A stretch of 64,000 nt of DNA, taken from the NCBI GenBank assembly GCA_044892525.1, contig CM097886.1:64914001-64978000 (forward strand), in the 5' to 3' direction. The position numbers and the translations under genes were made by a program. The notes below the pieces were generated by a model. It was not told where the DNA came from, searched no databases, and saw nothing but the letters and a program-made list of their open reading frames with translations. Shown piece by piece: positions 51,101 to 62,165 of this stretch. Numbering within the stretch: the stretch's first letter is position 1; each line of letters opens with the position of its first letter. This DNA comes from Schmidtea polychroa. Lineage: Eukaryota.

Positions 51101-52109
51101 ATGCTGCAATATCTGAAACCGAATAATGAAGACATCTTTTACAAGTTATTCCCCCTCTAACTTCTGTATTCGATCTCATAAAAGCTTGAAAGTTTTTTAT
51201 GAGGATATAGTGTTGTTTTATTTGACCTTCGGACCTTTCTTCTATTTGACCTTCAAACTCAGACTCTGAAATATTTAAATCTTCTTCTGAAAGGGCTTCT
51301 GACTCTGTAGCACCTTCTTCCAATATTAAAAGATCTATTTCCCTATCTTGATCACTATCTGAAATGTATATTGGAATGATGTTTTTCTTAAAATCATCAT
51401 GATTATGGTACATGTATTCATAAATATTAATTTTGAGATTATTTAGACTTTCAAATTTTGGGACATCACAGATTTTCATTGGATGTTTAAAATCTTTTGG
51501 ATATAACAATTCATTCTCATAAGGTTTGTATTTTGATACTCTTTGGGGGTTTGTAGCTTGAGGATGTAAATATGCAAGGATCGCCCATTGAAAACATTTA
51601 TTATCACTATTTTCTACATTTACAATACAATTTGATCTGAAAGGTGTTGGAATGTATGATTTAGGGTTAGGAGGTACCCCTCTCCAATATATAATTTGCA
51701 TATTTTGAAAGGAGTGAAATCTTAAATCAGATTCCCCTAATTCCTGTTCCGCTTGTTCTTGTTGTGCTTGAGCTTCTTTAGTTATTTCTTTCATGATTTT
51801 ATTAATCCCTTTGGTTGAATATAAATATTTATATGGTGTTTCAATATCAGAAATTAAAGGAACTGTGTTTGCTTCTTCACCTCTCCAATACTTTGCCTGG
51901 ATTTTAATTTTATATTTTATCACATTAAATCTCGATTTCCCAAATTTATTCAAAGCATCATCCATTGATTTTTTTATGTTTTTTTTGTTTTTATTTATAT
52001 ATCCCAAGATTGATGAATCTTGAAATGCTTCTTCAAATATATCTATGTGATTAAACTCATCCCAATTATATTTTTCTCTTTCAACATGTTCAGGTTCTTC
52101 TTCATACAC
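48107..52109 (-). pseudogene. Protein-primed family B DNA polymerase with an endonuclease VII-like insert
   Basis: DNKCFQWAI; CWMC..DHDH..YRGAAHRDCN; FHNL..YD; FIDS; KGIYPY; DVYILADCFE; RGG; motif A YIYANALY (D changed to Y); KL..NSVFGK; DTDS; DDKR. In-frame stops at 49393 and about 49310, frameshifts near 50140 and 48510, probably another near 52090. Confidence 0.95.
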
Positions 52110-52230
52110 CTCCTCCTTATTTCATCGGTGAGTTTCTTGACATGGGGTAGTCGATGCTGATGAGGCTTCAGACATCCTCGTACATTTTTTTTTAGTTGAT
52201 TGATTTTGGATTGGAGATTTTTAGCTGATA

Positions 52231-52503
52231 NNNNNNNNNNNNNNNNNNNNNNNNNNNNNNNNNNNNNNNNNNNNNNNNNNNNNNNNNNNNNNNNNNNNNN
52301 NNNNNNNNNNNNNNNNNNNNNNNNNNNNNNNNNNNNNNNNNNNNNNNNNNNNNNNNNNNNNNNNNNNNNNNNNNNNNNNNNNNNNNNNNNNNNNNNNNNN
52401 NNNNNNNNNNNNNNNNNNNNNNNNNNNNNNNNNNNNNNNNNNNNNNNNNNNNNNNNNNNNNNNNNNNNNNNNNNNNNNNNNNNNNNNNNNNNNNNNNNNN
52501 NNN
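52231..52503. other. Assembly gap hiding the Polinton right end
   Basis: Run of N. Confidence 1.
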
Positions 52504-55500
52504 AATTTGTATAGTATAATTGCCAATTTAATTTCACATTGCTAATTCAGTGTCACATCTGGCTATGACACACGCACATTTATTATAGGTAAGCTAAGGT
52601 TTATATTGTGGAGACCCAGATCAGTGTCCATTCGAATTGTGGTAGGTTGCCGGTTGGTGTAGTTATTTACAAATTATGATGATAGTAAAGACGAAAGGGC
52701 GGGTGAAATCGTACATCCGAAGAGCATGTAGATATACTGGTAAGACAAGCCACTTGCAACTATAAGCTTTTACAAATATATTTCGGTTGGTGCGCATTTT
52801 GGCAATGATTTTGATTGACACGCTCCTATACATCGAGTGCTCGTGATTGGAGCTTAATCGAATTGTGCATTATTGACTCCTATAAAATCATGATATTGTG
52901 TTACAGGTTGTTGTTTGCAAATAAATCTTAGGCGTAATCAAAAATCAATTATCATGTGTATGGAATTAATAATCTGTTTCGAGGAAATTGCTAGCAGTGC
53001 ATTGAAGAATTTATTGGGAAATTATAAATCACGACTCGGGAGATTAACAAAGTATAGAGAGAAATCAATGAAAGTAAATATACAAGATACGAGAATGACA
53101 TAATAGGTATCAACGAAAATGATCCAGCGAAAGAAACCTTTAGCTCAAGGTTAGCCAAAGTAATATGAATATACAAGACAGTTATACATACGATGCTCAT
53201 ATTAATATCCGGAACGAACTATGAAAAATTATCCAACGTCAACGATAGAGAATGGGAAACAATTAGAACCAGACGGGTGAAATATACAGCAAATGAAAGA
53301 GTACAGAACACTAAACTAAGAACAGTGAAAAGAGATCTAGAAAGTATCACGAACTACGAACCCACATACATAGAAAGGGTTATGACTATATATAGTGTGA
53401 ACAATGAATATATAAAGATATATGATTATATAAAAATATATGTATATATATCAGCGCGGTATAATTAGTATATAACTTCGGGAAGTAAAATGAAATAAAA
53501 TTCAGATAAAAGATTATGAATCAATGTAGGTGAATTAATAGAATGAAACGGATCACAATGGAAATCAATCCCAATACCACCACAGGAGAAATATGGAAGC
53601 AGAAAAGCGTCATATTATCGTAAATAGCATTAGCTATACAGAAGCAAGGAATCTCATGGAGGAACAATCTAATCGAAAATTTGAACAATGAATTTGTTCA
53701 TGAGAGAATAATCAAGGACCAGAGAGGAAAAATTGAACTAAAGTGAAAAGAAATAGAACAACTCTAATGATAAAGTTAAATGCAAGAAATGAACTACTAA
53801 GAATAGCTGAGGAAATCAAGGAGAGAAAGATATGGTCAAAATGTAACGGATAATATCAGACGTAAAAAGGAAACGGGAAAAGGAAAATGCATTTAGATGA
53901 AGATGAAGTACAAATAGTTATAACAAATCCAGCATAGTATTCATTGAAAATTGTTATAAGATGAGGAGTAAAATATTCCGAGAGGGAGGGGGAATGAGCA
54001 GAAGAACACCGTATCTGTATTTTGCGTAAAGGAGAAAAAACAACGAACTATTAGCGTGGTCATAACATGGAAAAGAGACGGTAATGGCAGAGCTGAGTGC
54101 CAAAAAGAGGACCAATCGTATATAAATAATTGCATATATCGGTGTATACACCCCAACCAAAATGATATATAATAAAAGTAGAGGACCGATCACCATAAAC
54201 AAGGATAAAATAATGCGAAAAATCAAAAATATTAAAATCTACACTTATTTAAGAGTAAGAAAAATTAATCAGAGAAAATGGGCGTTTGGCAAATATAGTA
54301 GAGAGGACACGAGAACAAAATACTGAGAACCGAGAGAACACAAGATAATAAATAAATCAAATAATGAATGTCAAGGACGACATTTGGCGAAGACGCGGAG
54401 GAAAAATGAAATCAAACTAAGATAACAACAAACGGGAGATCAAGGCGAAAGCCAAAATGGACATGAGCAATAATAGGAACAATCGGGAAAAATCATACAA
54501 AAACATAATTGACAGAAAATGGAGAGCGCACATATAAAAAAAATAGAATGTGAACAAATAAACACAAGAAAAATGACAAGAAAAACACAAAACGAAATGA
54601 ACAAACAGGAAACAACAAGTAACAAATTCACAGAAGGAAAGCTAGGGCAAAGATATTTGAATGAAAATTCAAAACAGCGAGAAAACGACAAATATAAAAT
54701 GAAACACGATACAATGGAATGGAACAAAAAATTAAAAGCTTAACATCACGACACGGCCAATTAAAATAACAATAGATGCTAACAAAAATGAGATCAATTA
54801 GAAACATCGAACAAAAGTTTTAGTTATGGAAAACGAACATACTGCCTACTTTTACTATGGAGCAAAAAGCCACAATAATGAAAAACGAACGGACTGTCTA
54901 CTTTTATTACGAAACAAAAAGTTAAAATTGTTAAAATTTGAATAAATTCTGGAAGAGAATGTCACAATAATGGAAAATGAACGGTCTACTTTTATTATGA
55001 AACAAAAAATTACAATTGCGGATATTCGAATAATAAATTTGAATAATTTGAATAAATTCAGAAATGATAAAAGCAATAATATCAACCACTCCAGGAACAG
55101 CTAGAGAGAAACGCGTATAGATGTAGGTATCCAGATATATGTATATAGGTGTATATGAATATAGGTGTATGAATAAGGGTACATGTATAAGTATATATAG
55201 ACGAACAATAAAATGACGTAATGAACAAATAAACAAATAAGCAAGGTTAAGAGCCAAAGTTAAGTAGTATACAGATACGGGAATATGTTAAAACAAAATA
55301 TATAACGATTTGCACAATATAAAAAAAATTAAAGGGGAACGTAAAGAATCAAAGTTTCGGAAAACATACAAATATGGAAGCGTGATAAATTACAAAATTG
55401 AGCATGGATGTTTAATAAATGAACCATTAACGAATAGAAAGGTAACGAATAAAATGGATGAACAAATATTAATGAGTAATGCGAAAGGGATCTGCCTGAG

Positions 55501-56084
55501 GAAATAGTGAGCATATTAACGAGAAACAAGTCAACCGAAGCGGTGAGAGTAAAAACGACAGAAATAAAACGTTAACCAGACAAGAAAAGTGGATATATTT
55601 AGAATAATGAAGAAGGACTAAGAGTAATCGAGATAAGTAAATTAAGAGCAGGACATAAAAATGAGAATAAAGTATTACGAAAATTGAGAGCAAATGAATA
55701 AGGAAAAAATTTTCTGTTAGGATTTAGGAAATCCACAACCTATGAGCTACGCTCAGCGTAGTGCGGATAAGGCCCAGGAAAGTACCAACTGTCCTGACGA
55801 AAGATGTGGAACAGGGCCCATCGCATATACTGGAACATCTCTGCGTGTGACTGATCACCACACGATCGGAGATCGACCAGTGCGAGTGTTTCGCATCCAG
55901 AGTCAGGAGAGTGGGGAAAACCCGGAAGAGTAGTAAAATGAAGCGTGCAGGAGAAATAAAAAGAAGACCAAGTAAATGGAAAAAGACAGAGCGGAGTAAA
56001 GGGAAACAATTAGAGCTTAAAGACTCAATTCATAAGATAATCGGTAGGCAGAATAATAGAGGACAAAGAGAGTTAAAGGAAAAC

Positions 56085-56243
56085 GAATAATAGATGCGAA
56101 TACTAGATGCGAATACTAGATGCGAATACTAGATGCGAATAATAGATGCGAATAATAGATGCGAATAATAGATGAGAATAATAGATGAGAATCATAGAGG
56201 CGAATAATAGATGCAAATAATAGATGAGAATCATAGATGCGAA
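56085..56243. repeat. 13-bp minisatellite GAATA(A/C)TAGATG(C/A)
   Basis: About 11-12 degenerate copies. Confidence 0.9.
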
Positions 56244-56406
56244 TCCTGAGTCAGGGAAGTGAGGAAAACTCGTAAGAGCAGTAAAAAACAGGCATGCAGG
56301 GGGATAAACGTTTAGAAAGTGCACAGTGACTAAAGTAAAGACAACAAAAATAGTGAGCCTAGGACAAACAGAGAAATGGAGAATAAAACATACATGTTAG
56401 GGGTTA

Positions 56407-56800
56407 TTAAGGCCGAGTTGTGAAAAGTCCAGCCGGTCAGGGAAATTAAAACTGAGCTGTGAAAAGTCCAGCCAGTTCGGAGATATTAAGGTCGAGTTGT
56501 GAAAAGTCCAGCCGGTCAGGGAAATTAAAACTGAGCTGTGAAAAATCCAGCCAGTTCGAAGATATTAAGGTCGAGTTGTGAAAAGTCCAGCCGGTCAGGG
56601 AAATTAAAACTGAGCTGTGAAAAGTCCAGCCAGTTCGGAGATATTAAGGCCGAGTTGTGAAAAGTCCAGCCGGTCAGGGAAATTAAAACTGAGCTGTGAA
56701 AAGTCCAGCCAGTCCGGAGATATTAAGGCCGAGTTGTGAGAAGTCCAGCCGGTCAGGATAATGAAGATTGAGCTGTTGAAAAGTGCCAGCCAGTCGTAAA
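56407..56800. repeat. 79-bp tandem repeat (5 copies) built from two related subunits of about 40 bp
   Basis: Unit starts at 56407, 56486, 56565, 56644 and 56723. Shared core GAG(T/C)TGTGAAAAGTCCAGCC. Confidence 0.95.
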
Positions 56801-59800
56801 GGCCTAGAAAAATAATGGGATAGCATTCAAGTTAATAGTGAGATAGAATATTAAAGCTAGCTAGAAACGAATTGAATTTAGATACGAGAATTCGAATTTA
56901 GGGAGGATTAAACGAGCTCGTGGAAAATGATAATAAAATTATAGTGAGAAAGAGAGAGGGAAGAGGAAAATGAATTAAGGAGATAACGAAAATAAAGAAT
57001 AAGTGTGAATGAATGATTATTAAAAGAGGAAAATTAATTAACTAATTAAAAGGGATCCCAGGTAGGTAGACGAAGCTCTACAGAATTTTGTGGTTTAAAC
57101 CGGTTAAACGAATTTTGTTTTTGGGTTCCAGAGTAGAACCGAGTAAAGAGTAACAGGTGAATTAGATATAAAAGGATAAGTAAAATGGCGAAATTGCGCA
57201 AGAGTATACTAGGAAAATGAGTAGGGGTAATTAGCAGCAACGGACGACGACCCATCGATATTATAATTGATAAATGTAGATAATTGATACTACCACATAG
57301 ATAATTGATACGACTACATAGATAATTTAACATCGACGAAAATTTAGGATTATGGTTAATCACAACCGACGAAATAGGAATTGTACATCATTCGGAAGTT
57401 TCAAAAGGAGAAGCGGACCAGATAATGATTTTTAAAGTTTCAAAAGTAGAATCGGGGAAATTAAGAATTTTTAATAAGTCTCGAAAGCTGAGGCCAATGG
57501 GATAAGAATTTTGTTTCAGATGATTATTTTGAATGCAGAAACGAACGAGTTAGAAATTTGTAAGGTAAAGAGTGGAAGTTAAGGAATGATAAGATTGGAA
57601 AAATTTTGGGTAGGTATATAACGGAAAATAAATGAAATCTCAGTAGAAATGACAAGAAATGAATTGATATTAGATAACCTGGTAAGAGAAAATAAATGAG
57701 AATATAAGGAGAATAATGGAAATTTTAGTTAAGAATGAGGTATAGAAATGACAAGGAATGAGTCAAGTACAGATGAGAGGCAATACAAGTACAACTGTGA
57801 ATATAGTTTCAAACTAAAGGAGAGAAACCGTTAAGTAGAACAAAGAACTAAGTCAGGAAAAACAGCAACGATAATAATAGTTAATGAAAGGAGGAAATAT
57901 AAGGGTAACCGCTATAGTAAACTCAAGAAATGATTAAAAGTGGAAACAACCGAGAACAGAACAAGGACCATAGTAATGAAGAAAAACTAAGAGGTAATAC
58001 CAGTTAATAGATAGAGATAGTAGAAAAAGATAGTCATTCAAAGCCAAGAAAACCATAGAAACGAGGAAAAAGAACACGAATTAAAATAAATAAGGATCGC
58101 GAAAATTAAGTAGAACCTGAGAATAAAGGTGTAAACTAAGGGAACGAGGAAACAAATATTAAGAGATGCCCAGGGAAACTAAAATAAAAACATTGCAACT
58201 ATGTTAGATAATATATAAATTATAATTTATAAAGATAATAAACGGTAAGGAGGAGTGATATTTTTCTAGTAAGGTAAATCAATCAATCAAGATAACAGCC
58301 AAGTATCAACAATCAACCAGAATTCATCACCAAATCATTAAGCCAATCGATAATAGAACCAAGTGTGTCAAACGAAGAAGAAACAAGAGCTGCAAAGAAA
58401 GGAAAACGAACAATCAAATCCAAGCAAACGCAAGAGAGTGAAAAGGAGAAATCAAAGCGACATCTCAAAAACGGAAAGTCGACCCTCAAAAGAGAGTGGT
58501 AAAAGGAATTTCAAAACAGTCAGTCGAGAAGTGTAAAACGCCAGTGGAACTTCATGAAAGAGGAAATAATGTAAAAGCAGAACTAGTAAAAGACACTGAG
58601 ACCTAACTAAAAAAAGAAACCAACGATGGAGAGATAATATGGATATATGAGCGAACAAGCTAGCTGAAAGGCAAAATCAGACAACCATCCTTACAAAACT
58701 ACGCAGTAACATAATCGAGTATCAATCTGAAATAAAAAGAAAGCAACCTCCAAGAATAAATGTATTACAATACGTTGGAAGCAGATCACAAATTGAAAAC
58801 AACCCAACTAAACGACAAAAAGGATGAAACACCTTACAGATCGCAAAGGCACGAGAAGCAGAAGAAAGATGGAGTAGACGAAAAGAACTTCAGGCAAAAA
58901 GAGAAGAAGAGTATTGGAGGAGGGGAAAGGAAGAACTGTTGAGAGTTGATATCATGAGACTAACCACCAATGACAGCCAGAGGGAAAAGATAGAAGAAAT
59001 GTGTGAAAGACAACAAAGAAAAGTAATACAAATCAATATGATGAAAGTGGTACCGAGCAACAAACGGGAATTACAAAGAACTCTGGACTCAAGAGTGGAA
59101 GTGAAACAATCGAAAGAATAGAAAATGTAACATTGGACCATCAAAATATCAGAATCATTTGGAACAATCAGAGAAATTATAAAAATACGGAAAGTTAGGC
59201 TGATATAACAACAATCCAAGAGAATCGCACGAGAGCAGTCAACAGACGATATTGCCACAAATCGAAGACCCACGAAGTCCACGAGAATCGAAATGGTGAA
59301 AATAATGAAGACATCGTGACAGAAGAACGGTAAAAAAATGAAATATTGTAACCAAGGCCAGCAGCGAGGACACAATGAGCGTAATTGTTTTTGAATATGA
59401 TGGGTTGGAATTGTCAGAGAATGAGGCATTGCGAAAAGAAATGTCGTCGTATAAAAAGGTGTAAAAACGAATGTAAAAGAACAGGACACGTAAATAACAA
59501 CTGTCCGAATGTGAAATCCAGAGAAAAATCAATCACGGAGAAGTACCGAAAAACCAACCAAGCAAATACGCACTGAGAAAAGAATTCAACAGTCAGAGAG
59601 AAAAAATTGTCAACCTCCAATGTCAATAAAATAACAGTCGACAACCGTATGTAGAAGGGAAGAAACATGTAAAACTCAACGTATCCGAAGAATTGAGAAG
59701 ACAATGTATAGAACAAGGTAACATAATAAAAGAATTTGTGGTGAAAGAAAAGAGACAGGATGAATTGATAATGATATGGGGACAAGTTGCCGAAAACAAA

Positions 59801-60939
59801 ACAAAGAAACTGAAGAAAAAAAACAACGATACTCAGACTAAACGAAGAAGCAAGGTCAGCCGAATTAAGAATCAACGAAATAATGAATAAGCAAGAGAAA
59901 TGCAGAGAAATGGCAGCAGACACAAAAATGATGACGGCCAAGTAAAGGAAACTGAGGGTATAAAGAGTGAAGTGGAAATTAAAGAAGAAGTGTAGATGAA
60001 AATAGTAAATAGGAAGTGTACATATGTAAAAATTTATGTATAATGTAGCAAAGGATCGATGTATAAGTAATTAAAATAGAAATGGATCAAGTAATCAGTT
60101 GTGAGAATACTAAATTTGAACCCTCACAGTGGTAAAAGAGAACAGAGGCCCAAATGAGAAGAAAGAATATAAATCCAGAAGAAAGATAAAAGTGCAAACC
60201 CGGAAAGAATGAGTTAAACGAATATCTAAAAGTAATACCTAATTTGGAACCCCTAAACAAAGAACGGTAAAAGATCCTGATAAATGAGACGAAAGTCACA
60301 GACCCAGTGGAAACTTTATCAAATCAAGCGAACTTAGACCCAAATCGAAATAATTCGAGTTACCCATTAAAGAAAGAAAATCCCTTAATAAGGGCAATAC
60401 CGTAAACAAAACCACCAAGAAAAACCAAAAGAAAAATCAATGTGTCAAATCACCCAGTTAAACAAAAGTTCCGAAGACCCTTGAGCAAGGTCTGTCATAT
60501 ACCATCAAATGATCCAGAAAATCAGAATCCCAACCTAAAAATCCAAAGATAATATGGGAAAACAGTCAAACCCCGATAGAGAGAATCCTATGATCTTCAG
60601 CAATTATTACGAGATAATTATGAAAATCAACAACAGGAATCAAACATGCCTACAAAACCCAGCCGAAAGATTGAAAACCGAACCCAGATACGAGAAGAAA
60701 CAACCAACTGAAGAATTGATCCAGAAATAAAACTGTTGCATGTGACTTGACTTGAGTTTGGACACGGTATAAGTATGTATGTGTATTATGACCAGTCACT
60801 GTATGTGACAACTGCTTGAATTTTATCTTAGACCTTTTTCTGATAATTCAATTTTAACATGTCTTAAACTGTTATAGTATGTTTATGGGTTAATGGAAAT
60901 GTAATAGACTATGATCTGGGAAATTCATATGTCTAACAG

Positions 60940-60977
60940 AATTGCGGGACGCAATTTTAACGGGTCCCGGAGTGATT
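60940..60977 (+). promoter_or_regulatory. Hairpin plus degenerate polypurine tract before the 3' LTR
   Basis: AATTGCG-GGA-CGCAATT stem (60940-60956), then TTAACGGGTCCCGGAGTGATT, then TG. Confidence 0.5.
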
Positions 60978-61847
60978 TGTTGGGCTGGAACCGAGAATCG
61001 AGAGCTTGTTTTAATGAATCAAAAATATATAACATAAAAATCGCACCAAGTTAAATTAAAACACCAATCAATACAAATTAAAGTACATAACACATTGATG
61101 ATAAATAAGACCCGGGTGATAAAATAAAGGAACGAAAATAAAGGTCGCAATCACTAACACAATTAGGAGAAACATCACATTCGGAATAGCTAACAACTAA
61201 GAAATAAAATAATAATAAATAAAATAATGGGTAATAAATTAATTAATAATATGAAAAATTTCTAAATAAATAAATTTAAAATTTAAAATAAATTATCTAG
61301 TAAACTGGTAAAATAATAAAAAGTAGAATAAAAGTAGTAAAATTAGATAAACCATAAAATTTATAAAACTAAATTGTTTAATGAAAACTAAAAATAAAAC
61401 CAAATTGTTTAAATTAATGAAACTAAAGTAAAATTAACTGAACTTATTTAAATTATAAAACTTGTAAAACTAAATTAAAATTAGCAAAAACTATTTGAAT
61501 TATAGAATTTATAAAAATAAATCTTAAAAATTAATAAAAATTAGAATTTTGATTAATTAAATTAATTAAATTAAAAAATAAATAATTGCACACATTCATG
61601 CATGCATGCAAAAATTAATCAGAATTGCCTCGCATTCTAATTGGATATAACAGCAGAGAATGCGTAGGCGTATAATTCAATCAGTATAAATACTGAGTGA
61701 AATTTCAATTTAAAAACTCTCACGCTCAACTGGTTACACAACAATTCACTTACCGGCAATGAACATATGCTCTCAATTTTCGATTCCATGCCATCGCGGT
61801 GAGGTAAATTTGATTTTTGTTTTGTGTAAAGTAATTTTGTTAGGTCT
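60978..61847 (+). mobile_element. 3' LTR copy, interrupted at 61848
   Basis: Matches 30543-31382 with four substitutions seen by eye and one 30-bp indel. Confidence 0.9.
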
Positions 61848-62165
61848 TGTGAGGAGTTAAAATTAAAATACTAAATTAAATTAGTTCATGATTAAAATTT
61901 GTAAAATTTTAATTGAAACTTAAATTATTTTAAGATATTAAAATTGAAATGATAATTGAAATTTTAAAATAAAATAATTTTTAATAAAATTGAAATTCAA
62001 GTATGAATGCGATGGTATGTTGATATTTGGTTGAAATTAAAATTTAGAAAATGTCCCAAGAATATTTGTTTATATAATCAGATTTAATGAAATATAATTT
62101 TTGGATTTAATAGTCTTAGTAATTTATTTTAATGACAGAAGAATTAAATGTTATAGCTTCTAACA
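61848..62165 (+). mobile_element. 5' LTR (318 bp) of a second Ty3/Gypsy element
   Basis: TGTGAG...CTAACA, immediately followed by PBS-like TGGCGACC. Confidence 0.75.

Larger units (their letters stand above)
38059..52230. mobile_element. Polinton/Maverick (adintovirus-like) endogenous virus, decayed; termini unresolved
   Basis: Co-located MCP, minor capsid, A32-like ATPase, adenain-like protease, rve integrase and protein-primed PolB. Right end runs into an N gap. Confidence 0.95.
52990..60720 (+). other. Strongly A/purine-skewed internal region of the LTR element, no long ORFs
   Basis: A dominates the plus strand throughout. The only recognisable peptide is a degenerate knuckle CKNECKRTGHVNNNC at 59460-59504. 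Confidence 0.7.

Noticed and set aside
37718-52600. Paired long Polinton TIRs
   Set aside because: No matching pair is visible, and the right end is lost in the gap.
56407-56800. CRISPR-like repeat-spacer array
   Set aside because: The spacers are two fixed alternating sequences rather than unique ones, there are no cas genes, and the context is eukaryotic.
53900-60300. Many hydrophobic minus-strand ORFs resembling membrane proteins
   Set aside because: Artefact of the A-skew: the T-rich strand yields Phe/Leu/Ile/Ser-rich frames with few stops.
62132-62164. Gag start at ATG 62132
   Set aside because: It lies inside the inferred LTR. The ATG at 62165 overlapping the PBS is the more plausible start.
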